A DNA stretch of 62,249 bases from Ignavibacteria bacterium (GCA_013287605.1 JABDDM010000006.1:1-62249), one strand, 5' to 3'. Shown: positions 28,705 through 39,575, numbered from the stretch's first letter. Numbers and translations are program-made. Notes: generated by a model from the letters alone, not told the origin.

Positions 28705-30285
28705 TCATTCGAATCCCATACTCCTATATGTCTCGCCAAGCTTAAACGTTACATCGCGGGCTGTCATGCCAATTGTGGTCCACTCTGTTTTAGCAAGATC
28801 AGCAGCTGCTCCGTGAAGATAGACTGCAATCCATGCGGCATCCGTCGGTTCAGCGGTCATTCGGGCGAAGGTACTGGCAATCATGCCGCCAAGCACATCG
28901 CCCGTACCCGCAGTAGCCAGGCCAACATTTCCTGTAGTATTCACGAACACATCGCCTGCTGGCGAAATTGTAAACGTAGGTGCACCTTTGCTGACAACCG
29001 TCACTTTGTGTTCCAACGCGAACGACCTCGCGTATGCCATCCTATCGTGTTCAACCTGTTTTCGTTCGATCCCTATGAGTTTGGCAAGTTCGCCAGCGTG
29101 GGGCGTCAGAATGGTTGCCGATTGTCGATGGTCTAAAATACTCAGATCTTCGGCTACTGCGTGCAGTGCTCCGGCATCGGCAACGATAGGCTTGGCTGCC
29201 TCGCGCAAGATCTTGCGCAAAAGATCCGCAGTTTCTGGTTCCGGCTTCATCCCTGATCCGATCAGTAAGACATCGGCTCGCTTTATAAAATATTCAAGTA
29301 CATCCCATGCTGAAGTCGTGGGAGCGCCGGTGGACGTCTCGGGAAGTCCAACAGTCATAAGTTCAGCCATCGCCTGTGCAACAATGTGACGTTCACTGGC
29401 AGAAGTCGCGACGGTCACGAGTCCGCAGCCGGAACGAAGCGCCGCTTCACCTCCCATGATCGCAGCACCCGTCATACCACGCGAACCACAAACCGAAAGC
29501 ACATGACCGAAGTCATACTTCGAGGAAATGTTTTCCGCCCTGGGATAAGCAGCAATGACGTCGCTACGTTCGACCAGTCGAATGTGTGATCGCGGTTGCA
29601 GATCGGCTCGGTCCGTGAGTCCGGCTACGGCAATGTTACCGGTAATTGAAGCCGCGTTGGCTCGATAGAAGCCGACCTTCGCCGCAGCGATCGTTACTGT
29701 TAGATTTGCCTTGACTACAAACGGCCTTCCTTCTTCATCTATCTCATATTCGCCCGTATCCGCATCCATCCCCGTTGGAATATCAACAGAAAGCACGATC
29801 GCGCCATACCTTAATGCAGCTTGATTGAGAAATTGTACAGCCTCCGGCATGTCTCCTCGGAGCAGGCCCGAAGCTCCCGTGCCGAGCAATGCATCGACAA
29901 TGATAAGAGGGCTCGATTCATCGATCGCGAGATGCATCGAGTCGCTGAACTCGAAGATTGGGGACCGACTTTTCCCTTCTAGGAGAAGTTCGTATTGTTT
30001 GGCTGCTTCAGCAGACAATGCCGTTGGATCTCCGACGATCACCAGTTGAGTCTTGACTTCAGCGTTGGAAAGGAGTCGAGCGAGTGTGATACCATCGCCG
30101 CCATTGTTGCCGCGGCCGCTGAAGATGAGAACCTGCGATGTGGGTTCCTGCACGAGCCAGGGAGTTAAATGCTTAAAGATCTCGCTCGCCGCTCGCTCCA
30201 TAAGTTCAGAAGCAGCTAAGCCAACTTCCTCAATCAGATAACGATCATAGTCGCGAACCTCTTGCGCAGTGAGAACCGGGATCAT
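28705..30285 (-). CDS. nnr: Bifunctional NAD(P)HX epimerase/dehydratase (YjeF)
   Basis: GRGNNGGDG, VDALLGTG, VDIPTG, GMTGAA, DAGAL, LTPHAGE, ATAGTGDVL. Confidence 0.93.
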   Translation of the reverse strand: MIPVLTAQEVRDYDRYLIEEVGLAASELMERAASEIFKHLTPWLVQEPTSQVLIFSGRGNNGGDGITLARLLSNAEVKTQLVIVGDPTALSAEAAKQYELLLEGKSRSPIFEFSDSMHLAIDESSPLIIVDALLGTGASGLLRGDMPEAVQFLNQAALRYGAIVLSVDIPTGMDADTGEYEIDEEGRPFVVKANLTVTIAAAKVGFYRANAASITGNIAVAGLTDRADLQPRSHIRLVERSDVIAAYPRAENISSKYDFGHVLSVCGSRGMTGAAIMGGEAALRSGCGLVTVATSASERHIVAQAMAELMTVGLPETSTGAPTTSAWDVLEYFIKRADVLLIGSGMKPEPETADLLRKILREAAKPIVADAGALHAVAEDLSILDHRQSATILTPHAGELAKLIGIERKQVEHDRMAYARSFALEHKVTVVSKGAPTFTISPAGDVFVNTTGNVGLATAGTGDVLGGMIASTFARMTAEPTDAAWIAVYLHGAAADLAKTEWTTIGMTARDVTFKLGETYRSMGFE

Positions 30286-30322
30286 TGCTGCCTGCGACTT
30301 GCACTCATTCGGACACCTCGGC

Positions 30323-31864
30323 CTAAGGTTGTACGAAAAAGTTTTGTACTACGCCAGTCATAATGGCTGGCGCGACACCGAGTACTAACAATCCGACTGC
30401 CGCGAGAATGAGTGCCGCCCAGGCACCTGTCGTTCCAGGAATCGCGAGCGCAGCACCACCGCCTGCAGGCAAGATCGAAACTGACTTGCCGATTTCCGTG
30501 CCATAAGCTGTCTCGCCTTGTTCGCGGAAATACATGAGAACGATGAGTCGCAAATAGAAGTAGACCGATACAAGACTTGCGATGACCCCTATGACAGCAT
30601 AGGGAGTGAGCCCTGCGCGAATTGCGGCGGCGAAGAGATAATATTTACCAAAGAATCCACCGAGCGGTGGAATGCCTGCCAGCGAAAGCATCATAATCGT
30701 CATGATGAATGCAAGCATTGGCTTCCGGCGCGCAAGTCCTGCATAATCGTTGAGGAAGAGTCCGCCGTCTGATTCTTTTTCGATAAACGCAACGACACCG
30801 AACGCGCCGATCTGCATTAACGTGTAGACGGTGAGATAGACAGCAACTGCACGAGAACCCTCAGCGTTTAGCGTGGCAACACCCAACAGCATATAACCCG
30901 CATGCGCAATGCTGCTGTACGCGAGCATGCGTTTCACGTTCGTCTGCGCGATCGCCGTGATATTCCCATAGACCATCGAGCCTACAGCAAGCAGACAAAG
31001 AATGAACTGCAGTTTATCTTGCGCGGCAGTATTTGCAACTACGGGAGCAAGGGCCACATCAAAGACAAGCACAAAGGCGCTGAAGGCAGCAGCCTTGCCG
31101 GCCGTCGACATGAACCCACTCACGACGGTCGGAGCGCCATCGTAGACGTCAGGCGCCCATTGATGGAACGGGAATGCTGCAATCTTGAAAGCAAAGCCGA
31201 CGAGCAACATGGCGGTGCCCATCCAGAAGATCGGTGTGGAAACAATGCGGGCAGCATCGGCCGGATTCAACAACAGGCGGTGCATGACATCAAGATTCGT
31301 CGAGCCAAATGTGCCATAGAGCAGGGCAATTCCATAAAGGAAGAATCCTGCCGAGAAAGAGCCCAGGAGAAAATACTTCAATGCGGCTTCGTTCGATCGC
31401 ACGCTCTTTCGAAAGAGCCCGGCCATCACATAAAATGCGATCGACATTGTCTCAAGCCCGAGAAACGTGACGATGAGATCCATTCCGGAAGCGAGCATTA
31501 CCATTCCGCAGGCGGCGAACAACACAAGCCCTGCAAACTCGCCGATCACCACTTCTTCGTCTTTCAGATTCCGCTCTGCAAGAAGAACTGCCAGAATCGC
31601 CGCGATCGAAAAAATGATCGCATAGAAATTGGAGTAAGTCGAATCGAGGAGCATCCCTCTAAATGCGCGCCCATTGTGGTCGATATTAGCCAGTGCAGCA
31701 GCAATTGCGCCGAGTGAACCGACCACAGCAAGTGTGAGCGGGATCCGTGATGGACGTTTCTCAAACGCATCCCACATCAGCACGACCATTCCGGTACCGG
31801 CGAGCACCAGTAGCGGAAGCACTGCGATGAGATCTGTCGTCGTTACTTGTGTAATCGTTGGCAC
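30323..31864 (-). CDS. nuoN: NADH-quinone oxidoreductase subunit N
   Basis: EAALKYFLLG, FKIAAFPFHQWAPDVYDGAP, KRMLAYSSIAHAGY. Confidence 0.96.
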   Translation of the reverse strand: MPTITQVTTTDLIAVLPLLVLAGTGMVVLMWDAFEKRPSRIPLTLAVVGSLGAIAAALANIDHNGRAFRGMLLDSTYSNFYAIIFSIAAILAVLLAERNLKDEEVVIGEFAGLVLFAACGMVMLASGMDLIVTFLGLETMSIAFYVMAGLFRKSVRSNEAALKYFLLGSFSAGFFLYGIALLYGTFGSTNLDVMHRLLLNPADAARIVSTPIFWMGTAMLLVGFAFKIAAFPFHQWAPDVYDGAPTVVSGFMSTAGKAAAFSAFVLVFDVALAPVVANTAAQDKLQFILCLLAVGSMVYGNITAIAQTNVKRMLAYSSIAHAGYMLLGVATLNAEGSRAVAVYLTVYTLMQIGAFGVVAFIEKESDGGLFLNDYAGLARRKPMLAFIMTIMMLSLAGIPPLGGFFGKYYLFAAAIRAGLTPYAVIGVIASLVSVYFYLRLIVLMYFREQGETAYGTEIGKSVSILPAGGGAALAIPGTTGAWAALILAAVGLLVLGVAPAIMTGVVQNFFVQP

Positions 31865-31887
31865 TGCAAGATTATTCTATAAAGCTC

Positions 31888-33519
31888 TTAACGTCTCAGG
31901 CCGCCAGGCAACTGCTGCATCGGCTTTGACGGCTGCGATTGCTGCTCAGGAAAAACAATTCCGGATTTCTGCTGCAACAGGTCGTCTGAAAGTTTATACA
32001 TCGCAGACTGACTCGTCGCGAGAAAATGCATCGGACGGATACCGATCCAAACCATAAAAATTACAAGCGGGACGACTGCGACGATCTCGCGCCAGGAGAG
32101 ATCGTTTAAAGCATGGTCGCTCGGTGAATGCGTGCTTGCATGTGATGAATGATCGTGCCCATCGACCGCGGCAGCCGATGTGCCTTTAGCTCTGCCGAAG
32201 ACAAAGCGCTGATACATCCACAACAGATATACAGCTGCAAGAATAACTCCCGTCGCGCTGAAGATTGCATACGACCAGCTATTGAGCACGCTGGATTGAT
32301 ATGCGCCCATCATCGTCAGATACTCGCCGATAAAGCCATTCAGTCCAGGAAGCCCAACACTCGAGAACACGGCAATACCGAAGAAGACAGTGAAGAGCGG
32401 CACCACTCGTGCAAGTCCGCCATAGTCCGAGATCTCCCTTGTGTGGCGACGGTCATACATCATGCCGAACATCATGAACAGCATGCCAGTCGAAAGACCG
32501 TGATTCACCATCTGAATGACAGCTCCCTGCAATCCTTCACGGGTCATCGAGAAAATCCCAAGAACAATGAAGCCCATGTGCGTCACACTCGAATAGGCGA
32601 TCAGTTTCTTGATATCGGTCTGCACCATCGCGACCAGCGCGCCATAGATAATACCGATCACCGCCAGCGTCGTCATCAATCCCGAATAATCGAAGCTTGC
32701 TTGTGGAAAGAGACCGAGATTGAAGCGGATCAGCCCGTATGTTCCCATTTTGAGAAGCACACCGGCAAGAATCACAGAACCGGCGGTCGGAGCTTCCACA
32801 TGGGCATCAGGCAACCACGTGTGCAGCGGAAAGAGCGGTACTTTGATCGCGAAGGAAAGTGCAAAGGCAAGAAAAAGATAATGCTGCACGTCGATCGGAA
32901 GCGAACGGCTTACCTGATAGAGCTTCGTAATGTCGGTAGTAAATTCACCTAACTGCCTTCCCGCTTCAACGCCAAGCCAGATGATCGCCACGAGCATCAG
33001 GAGCGATCCTGACATCGTAAAAATGAAGAACTTGACTGCCGAGTAGATTCTCCGCTTGCCGCCCCAAAGTCCGATGATGAAGTACATCGGAATGAGAACG
33101 ACTTCCCAAAAGACATAGAAGAGGAAAAGATCGAGCGACAAGAACACACCAAGCATTCCGGTTTCCAGCAGAAGTAGGAGCGCCATGAACGCGGGGACGT
33201 TCTTGGTTACTGAATTCCAGGTGCCGATGAGCGTGATAACCATCAGGAAGGTCGTAAGCAGGACGAGCATCATCGACATGCCGTCTATGCCAACGAAATA
33301 CGAAAGATGCAGGCCTGGCAGCACTACCCACTGCACTTGCTCTTTCATATCGAACCCAGCGAGGTTCGAGTCGAATTTCATGTAGACGACGAGCGAAATG
33401 CAAAACGTAACGAGGGCTGTGGCCAATGCCACCATCTTCGCTGCCGTTGCACCGCGCATCAGCAGCGCTGCCAGAGCACCGACCAAAGGAAAAAAGATGA
33501 GTACTGAAAGCAAACCCAT
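31888..33519 (-). CDS. nuoM: NADH-quinone oxidoreductase subunit M
   Basis: FYVFWE, KVPLFPLHTWLPDAHVEAPTAGSV, KKLIAYSS. Confidence 0.96.
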   Translation of the reverse strand: MGLLSVLIFFPLVGALAALLMRGATAAKMVALATALVTFCISLVVYMKFDSNLAGFDMKEQVQWVVLPGLHLSYFVGIDGMSMMLVLLTTFLMVITLIGTWNSVTKNVPAFMALLLLLETGMLGVFLSLDLFLFYVFWEVVLIPMYFIIGLWGGKRRIYSAVKFFIFTMSGSLLMLVAIIWLGVEAGRQLGEFTTDITKLYQVSRSLPIDVQHYLFLAFALSFAIKVPLFPLHTWLPDAHVEAPTAGSVILAGVLLKMGTYGLIRFNLGLFPQASFDYSGLMTTLAVIGIIYGALVAMVQTDIKKLIAYSSVTHMGFIVLGIFSMTREGLQGAVIQMVNHGLSTGMLFMMFGMMYDRRHTREISDYGGLARVVPLFTVFFGIAVFSSVGLPGLNGFIGEYLTMMGAYQSSVLNSWSYAIFSATGVILAAVYLLWMYQRFVFGRAKGTSAAAVDGHDHSSHASTHSPSDHALNDLSWREIVAVVPLVIFMVWIGIRPMHFLATSQSAMYKLSDDLLQQKSGIVFPEQQSQPSKPMQQLPGGLRR

Positions 33520-33530
33520 TTACTTCTTTG

Positions 33531-35483
33531 TCAGAAGATCATCAAATAGCTCACAACTGCCAGCAAACCGACTACGATCATCACAGCATAGTTCTGCACA
33601 ACGCCAGTCTGGATCCTGCGAATGATTTTGCTCGTGCCATCGGTAATCTGAGCGAGCCCATTCACGAAGCCATCGATAATCTTCACATCCACGATCTTAT
33701 ATAAGAAGCGATCGCTGAATGTGTACAACGGCTGGACAATCAGCTTATCATAAGCTTCATCAACATAAAAGTTATGGACCGCAATTCGGTACGGTGTTCC
33801 GAGCACAGCCTCGTCACGCACGAGTGTTGTCTTCTTCTTGTATAATCGCATCGCCAGCAGGATGCCGCAGATTGCGATTGCAACCGATGCAACCATCAAC
33901 CCGATCTCAAGTCCCGCACTCGCCTCACTGAATGAAACCTGCGCAGTTTGTTCGCCTTGCTCCAGGACTGGCGCAAGCCAATGTTCAAGCGTTGCATTTC
34001 CGCCGAGGACGTGCGGTATGTTGAGAAATCCTCCCACGATTGAGAGAGCCGCCAGTACGATCAATGGCAGCGTCATGTGCCAGCCCGCTTCATGCGGTTT
34101 GTGGTGCTCAGCATCGAAGCGTTCTTTACCGAAGAACGTGAGGAAGACAGCGCGGAACATGTAGAACGCTGTCATCATTGCCGCAATTGCCCCCATGAGC
34201 CACAGCAGCACACTTCCGCGGCTGAACGCATTCCAGAGAATCTCGTCTTTTGAAAAGAATCCAGCGAATGGCGGAATGCCGCTGATCGCAAGCGTCGCAA
34301 TCATAAACGTCCAGAACGTGAAGGGCAGATACTTTTTCAGACCACCCATCTTCTGCATGTCCTGCTCGTGATGCATCGCTTCGATCACTGCACCCGAACC
34401 AAGAAAAAGACAGGCCTTGAAAAATGCGTGAGTCATCACATGAAACACGCCGGCAGTGAACGCACCAACGCCGAGAGCGAGGAACATGTAGCCAAGCTGC
34501 GAGATCGTCGAATAGGCCAGCACCTTCTTGATATCATTCTGGAAGATGCCGATGATCGCGGCAAACACTGCGGTGGTTGCGCCCACCGCTGCAACAACGC
34601 CCATCGTCACAGGCGCAAGCGCAAAGAACATGTTAGAGCGAGCGACAAGAAAAATGCCGCTCGTCACCATCGTTGCTGCATGGATCAGTGCAGAGACCGG
34701 TGTCGGACCAGCCATCGCATCCGGAAGCCACACGTAAAGCGGGATCTGTGCGCTCTTGCCGGTGCAGCCAAGAAAGAGCATTAGCGTAATAAAACCAATG
34801 GTCCAGTCGCCGCCGTGCATGCCCGCAACAACGCCGAGATGCTTTGTGCCATCAATGACATTGCTGCCCGAACCAAGTAGGTCGAGATAATTCAAGCTGC
34901 CATAGGCTGCAAGCATCGCTCCCATCGCGACGAGAAAACCGAAGTCACCAATACGATTGACGATAAAAGCCTTCTTTGCCGCATCGGTATTCTTCTTCTC
35001 TTCGTACCAGAATCCGATCAGAAGATAACTGCAGAGTCCTACGCCTTCCCAGCCGACGAACGTCCAGAGAAAATTATCCGCCATGACGAGCTGGAGCATC
35101 ATGACGATGAAGAGATTCATATAGGTGAAGAAGCGACCAAAGCCACGGTCACTCTTCATATAGCCGATCGAATACAAATGGATCAGCGCACCGACGCCCG
35201 TGATGATTAGCATGAAAATGATCGAGAGCTGATCGATCAAAAAGCTGATTCCGACGTGGACCTTCCCGACATCGAGCCAGTTAGCGAGGACATAATGAAT
35301 CGCTCGATCGTCTGAAGGCTTCTGGAGCATCTCCACGAACACGCCAGCGGAAATCACAAAGCTGATGAACACCGCGAATGTTGCGATCCAACCGGAGAGC
35401 TTCCCTAATCGCGATCCGAAGAACGCATTAATGAGAAAGCCCGCGAGCGGAGCGAAAACAATTACGGGGATCAGTTGTATCAC
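33531..35483 (-). CDS. nuoL: NADH-quinone oxidoreductase subunit L
   Basis: GWEGVGLCSYLLIGFW, GKSAQIPL..WLPDAMAGPTPVSALIHAATMV, THAFFKA. Confidence 0.96.
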   Translation of the reverse strand: MIQLIPVIVFAPLAGFLINAFFGSRLGKLSGWIATFAVFISFVISAGVFVEMLQKPSDDRAIHYVLANWLDVGKVHVGISFLIDQLSIIFMLIITGVGALIHLYSIGYMKSDRGFGRFFTYMNLFIVMMLQLVMADNFLWTFVGWEGVGLCSYLLIGFWYEEKKNTDAAKKAFIVNRIGDFGFLVAMGAMLAAYGSLNYLDLLGSGSNVIDGTKHLGVVAGMHGGDWTIGFITLMLFLGCTGKSAQIPLYVWLPDAMAGPTPVSALIHAATMVTSGIFLVARSNMFFALAPVTMGVVAAVGATTAVFAAIIGIFQNDIKKVLAYSTISQLGYMFLALGVGAFTAGVFHVMTHAFFKACLFLGSGAVIEAMHHEQDMQKMGGLKKYLPFTFWTFMIATLAISGIPPFAGFFSKDEILWNAFSRGSVLLWLMGAIAAMMTAFYMFRAVFLTFFGKERFDAEHHKPHEAGWHMTLPLIVLAALSIVGGFLNIPHVLGGNATLEHWLAPVLEQGEQTAQVSFSEASAGLEIGLMVASVAIAICGILLAMRLYKKKTTLVRDEAVLGTPYRIAVHNFYVDEAYDKLIVQPLYTFSDRFLYKIVDVKIIDGFVNGLAQITDGTSKIIRRIQTGVVQNYAVMIVVGLLAVVSYLMIF

Positions 35484-35508
35484 GAATTGATGCTTGTTGT
35501 CTCGTTGG

Positions 35509-35811
35509 TTAGAGTCTCAAAAGATTGATCTTGTCGATTTCGACGGTTTCCTTATTGCGGAAGAGCGCGATGACGATCGCAAGTCCTACCGCAGCTTCAG
35601 CGGCTGCTACGGTCATCACGAAGAAGACGAGTATTTGACCGGTCTGATTGCCAAGGAATTGAGAAAACGCAATGAGCGTCAGGTTGACAGCATTGAGCAT
35701 CAATTCGATGCACATAAAAATGATGATCGCGTTTCGGCGAAAAAGTACGCCTGCGGTGCCAATAATAAAAAGGACGGCGCTGACGGCAAGATAGTTGGTG
35801 AGTGTGGTCAT
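35509..35811 (-). CDS. nuoK: NADH-quinone oxidoreductase subunit K
   Basis: [25 protein letters not shown]. Confidence 0.96.
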   Translation of the reverse strand: MTTLTNYLAVSAVLFIIGTAGVLFRRNAIIIFMCIELMLNAVNLTLIAFSQFLGNQTGQILVFFVMTVAAAEAAVGLAIVIALFRNKETVEIDKINLLRL

Positions 35812-35818
35812 GCTTGGG

Positions 35819-36328
35819 TTAGACGAGCCGTTTCTTTGCCAGGATGATCGCCCCTACTGCTGCCGAGATCAGAATGATCGATGCCATCTCAAATGGGAAT
35901 GAGTAGTTCGAGTAGAGCATCTCTCCGATCGATTCAGTCGTACCAAGCACACCTGCGTTCGCATGAATTGTGTGGGGCAGCTTATCCGACGACATGAAGA
36001 TCGCAGCCAGGATCTGAGCCATTATCCCAAGCGTGGCAAGCAATCCGGCGACAGTCTTCCAATTACGAGAGATCTTGAATTCTTCTGCGGAGAGATTAAG
36101 GAGCATGATGACAAACAGCACTAGCACCATGATGGCACCAGCATAAACTGCAACCTGCACCACAGCAAGGAATTGGGCCTGAAGTGTAAGATAGAGCCCG
36201 GAGAGGCAAACGAAGGTGAGCACGAGCATCAGAGCACTGACGACAGCACTCTGCCGCGTTACACATAGAAGAGCAGAGGCAATCGCGCCTATACTCAAGA
36301 TCCAAAAGATGATCTCACCGATCTCCAT
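35819..36328 (-). CDS. nuoJ: NADH-quinone oxidoreductase subunit J
   Basis: [27 protein letters not shown]. Confidence 0.95.
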   Translation of the reverse strand: MEIGEIIFWILSIGAIASALLCVTRQSAVVSALMLVLTFVCLSGLYLTLQAQFLAVVQVAVYAGAIMVLVLFVIMLLNLSAEEFKISRNWKTVAGLLATLGIMAQILAAIFMSSDKLPHTIHANAGVLGTTESIGEMLYSNYSFPFEMASIILISAAVGAIILAKKRLV

Positions 36329-36461
36329 TCAGTCTGGCACAAAGAAAAGAAGACACCCGAACCAAAAGCCGGTTGCCTAACGCAGATTCGTGTGAGAATT
36401 CTCCCGAGAAATGCTTTTGATGAGCCGTTGTGTCAGAAACCCAATGAAATCCAATTTGAAC

Positions 36462-36986
36462 TTATTTGAAGTAATAATGCACTCCTATGCTCGGCAATGG
36501 CAGAATCACGCCGTCGGGCTCGAATAGCGTGATCATCAGATTTAGCGATAATCCGATCGCGTTGCTTTGCGACATTTCGTAGCCAATGCCGATTCCAAGC
36601 CGAGTTGGACTTACGAGCTGATTGCCAACCTTTGCGCTATCGTTGCTGCCGTAATAGTATTCTCCGATTCCAAAGACAGCATAGAGTCGGTTCGATGCTA
36701 CCGAAAGATCGTATTGAAACTCAGCACCGATATCCCACATCGCGATTCCACTGGTCTTGAACGGACCCCCAGTGATCTGGTACGCGATCGGAATATTCGC
36801 AAGATGATGCTTGAACGAAAGGCCCAACCCACTGCAAAGACTTGCTGCCAGTCCAACTCCAAAGACATTCTCGCTAAATCGCGTGATCCTTGGTGCGAGC
36901 GAATCGGTGCGTGTAGTCTGCGCTGACGCCACTGATGACGTTAGTATGATAGCGGCGGTGATTATAGCGAAACAGCTTCGTTTCAT
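36462..36986 (-). CDS. Small outer-membrane beta-barrel-like protein
   Basis: Signal peptide, alternating Gly/aromatic strands, C-terminal SIGVHYYFK. Confidence 0.65.
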   Translation of the reverse strand: MKRSCFAIITAAIILTSSVASAQTTRTDSLAPRITRFSENVFGVGLAASLCSGLGLSFKHHLANIPIAYQITGGPFKTSGIAMWDIGAEFQYDLSVASNRLYAVFGIGEYYYGSNDSAKVGNQLVSPTRLGIGIGYEMSQSNAIGLSLNLMITLFEPDGVILPLPSIGVHYYFK

Positions 36987-37025
36987 AGTGTGTATAGTTA
37001 CAGAAAGACGTTCTCAAGTGCACAA

Positions 37026-38381
37026 TTAGGGCCAAATGCGATTTAGCGTTCGAGGAAATGGGATCGCTTCTCGAATATGATCGAGTTCGCAGACCCAGAG
37101 TACGAGCCGTTCAAGTCCCAATCCAAAGCCTGCATGCGGCACTGATCCATACTTGCGCAGATCGAGGTACCATTCGAATGCCTCCATTGGCAGATTGTGC
37201 TCTTTGATCCTCTGCACGAGCGTGTCATAGTCATCTTCTCGCTGCGATCCCCCAATGATCTCGCCGAAACCCGGAAAGAGTACATCCATGGCGAGCGCCT
37301 TGTCCGGTTCGTTCGGATCGCGCTTCATGTAAAACGCCTTGACTTCCGCGGGGTAGTGATGCACGATGACCGGCTCCTCATAGATAGAAGTCAGCGCCAC
37401 TTCATCATACGCACCAAAATCGTCTCCGTACGTAAAACGCTTAAATGTTGGAGGCAGGTCTTCCGTACCCTGCGCGAGCTTCTCGTCCCAATACTTATCA
37501 AGGATCTTTGCGGCTTCATCATAATGGAGCCTTTTAAAAGGCTTGAGCACATTCCGTAGACGTGTCTCCAATTTCCCAGTGCCTTCGTCGAGGATCGCCA
37601 ATTCCGGTTTTCGCTGTTCAAGAACGCGAGTGACGACAAAGTGAACGAATTCCTCTGCAAGTTGCATATCGCCTTCGAGATCCATGAAGGCAACCTCAGG
37701 CTCGACCATCCAGAATTCGGTAAGATGGCGCTTCGTCTTGGACCGCTCCGCACGGAATGTCGGGCCAAATACATAGACTTTGCCAAGTGCCATCGCCCCC
37801 GCCTCCGCATAAAGTTGGCCGGACTGCGAGAGGTACGCCATCCCTTCATCAAAATACTTTGTCTCGAAAAGTGTGCTCGTGCCTTCTGCGGCATTTGGCG
37901 TAAGGATTGGAGCATCAAAAAGAATGAAGCCGCGATCGTCAAAGAAATCCCTGATCGCCTTGACGAGCGTATGCCGAATTCGCATCGTTGCCCATGGCCG
38001 AGTAGAACGATGCCAAAGATGGCGGTTCGCCATCAGGTATTCAATGCCATGTTCCTTCGGGGTGATGGGATAGTCAGCCGTCAGTGCGATGGCCTCGACC
38101 TTCGAAGCGAAGAGCTCGATGCCGCCAGGTGCGTCCTTCTGCGTCTTCTGGACTTTGCCGGTAACGGCAACGGCCGATTCCTGCGTCAGGCGATCACCAA
38201 CCGCGAAGCTCTCTTCATCTACGGCATTCTTCATCACGACGCACTGACAGAGGCCGGTACCGTCCCGGAGGATCAGGAACTGGATCTTTCCACTGGAGCG
38301 CTTATTATAGAGCCATCCACGAAGGGTTACTTCCTCATCAATATGCTTCGAAAGGTCCTCGACGTAGATCTCCTGTTTCAT
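37026..38381 (-). CDS. asnS: Asparagine--tRNA ligase
   Basis: OB fold GWLYNKRSSGKIQFLILRDG; YLSQSGQLY; FRAERSKTKRHLTEFWMVEPE; PHAGFGLGLER; ATG 38381 chosen as start. Confidence 0.96.
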   Translation of the reverse strand: MKQEIYVEDLSKHIDEEVTLRGWLYNKRSSGKIQFLILRDGTGLCQCVVMKNAVDEESFAVGDRLTQESAVAVTGKVQKTQKDAPGGIELFASKVEAIALTADYPITPKEHGIEYLMANRHLWHRSTRPWATMRIRHTLVKAIRDFFDDRGFILFDAPILTPNAAEGTSTLFETKYFDEGMAYLSQSGQLYAEAGAMALGKVYVFGPTFRAERSKTKRHLTEFWMVEPEVAFMDLEGDMQLAEEFVHFVVTRVLEQRKPELAILDEGTGKLETRLRNVLKPFKRLHYDEAAKILDKYWDEKLAQGTEDLPPTFKRFTYGDDFGAYDEVALTSIYEEPVIVHHYPAEVKAFYMKRDPNEPDKALAMDVLFPGFGEIIGGSQREDDYDTLVQRIKEHNLPMEAFEWYLDLRKYGSVPHAGFGLGLERLVLWVCELDHIREAIPFPRTLNRIWP

Positions 38382-38424
38382 GAATCGCTCGTTGGTCTCG
38401 AATTCGGTGGATTTTACAGAGTTG

Positions 38425-38432
38425 CAAATATA
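38425..38432 (-). promoter_or_regulatory. -7 promoter element of asnS
   Basis: TATATTTG on the minus strand 43 nt upstream of the chosen start; no clear -33 box. Confidence 0.5.
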
Positions 38433-38539
38433 CGGGCAGGGGTTGATGCGAGACTGAGTCGGGATTCGCGCCGGCAAATTGCTTTCCGAGGGCACTTTAG
38501 GCTTGCCGGGGGCGGTTTAGAGCCGCGGAATTAGAGTGG

Positions 38540-38611
38540 GAGCCCGTAGCTCAGTGGTAGAGCATCTGACTTTTAATCAGAGGGTCGTCGGTTCGATACC
38601 GCCCGGGCTCA
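38540..38611 (+). tRNA. tRNA-Lys (anticodon TTT), CCA not encoded
   Basis: Acceptor GAGCCCG/CGGGCTC, D arm GCTC-AGTGGTA-GAGC, anticodon arm TCTGA-CTTTTAA-TCAGA, T loop TTCGATA. Confidence 0.95.
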
Positions 38612-38743
38612 CTTTTTGCATTGCTTCGCGCAGTGATTCGTCCCTCGAGGCAAACACTCCCGTGAAGGTACCGTTGTGGAGCTCCTCGGGACGTTTCGAG
38701 GGGATCTCTCATTGATTTATTTACCCATTCATTAGATACATTT

Positions 38744-39418
38744 ATGGCAATTTCACGCACGTCCATGGCAGCGATGCTGGCGGTCGGACTTTTGGTTGCA
38801 GGCTCGATGAGCAGCTGCAAAAAGACAGACGAAACTGTAAGCCTGGATTACAGTACCAAAAAAACTTCTGCTGACAAACTCCTCAGCGAGATTGCGACAT
38901 CTTCAGCCACAATGAAAGCTGACCACCAAAAATGGATGTCGGACCTTGATGCTCAGGCTGCAAAGCCGAAGGCGGATACTGCCAGAGCCAACGCACTCAA
39001 GCAGGAGATCCGTAAAATGGATGAGGACCTCGCCAAAGTTGCTGCCCTTGAGGATAGCGCGAGAATGTATGAGAATGCTCCCACTGATAACGCTGATAAG
39101 CTCAAAACTGCCAACGATCGTCTGGGTGTCAACTTCGATGATCTTTCAAGCAAGTGGAAAACACTCGTCGACGAGAATGGCAGACTCCAGGGCGACATCC
39201 AAACATTCCTCGCCGCCGATGCTGGCAAGGCAATGAAAGCCGATTCGGGGAAGGTCACCACCGTGAAAACTACTGGCGAAAAGCACGTTTCAACTGATGG
39301 CAAAAAGACCACCACTACGACAACAACCACAACGACCACTACGCCTCCAAATACTCACGAGACCCAGCAGCACACACCTGGTCTCCCGCGTCACTCTGCA
39401 GGTACGACGACGAAGTAA
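38744..39418 (+). CDS. Helical lipoprotein with Thr-rich tail, unknown function
   Basis: Lipobox MSSC; coiled-coil-like body; run of 12 Thr. Confidence 0.8.
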   Translation: MAISRTSMAAMLAVGLLVAGSMSSCKKTDETVSLDYSTKKTSADKLLSEIATSSATMKADHQKWMSDLDAQAAKPKADTARANALKQEIRKMDEDLAKVAALEDSARMYENAPTDNADKLKTANDRLGVNFDDLSSKWKTLVDENGRLQGDIQTFLAADAGKAMKADSGKVTTVKTTGEKHVSTDGKKTTTTTTTTTTTTPPNTHETQQHTPGLPRHSAGTTTK

Positions 39419-39438
39419 TCTGCAGTCTTGATTTTCCG

Positions 39439-39468
39439 AAGCGGGGCCTCTGGCTCCGCTTTTTTTTT
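39439..39468 (+). terminator. Intrinsic terminator
   Basis: AAGCGGGGCC-TCT-GGCTCCGCTT followed by a T tract. Confidence 0.85.
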
Positions 39469-39575
39469 GCTGAATTTGGAAACAAGTTGAACAGATAGGT
39501 GTAGTCTACTCGTAAGTCAATGCAATCATCTGCCACTAAATGTTCTCCCGATCCGAAGCCAATCCGCTGAACTTG

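Noticed and set aside
30902-38534. Long plus-strand ORFs (30902..31717, 32149..32952, 37641..38534)
   Set aside because: Antisense shadows of nuoN, nuoM and asnS with no recognisable motifs.
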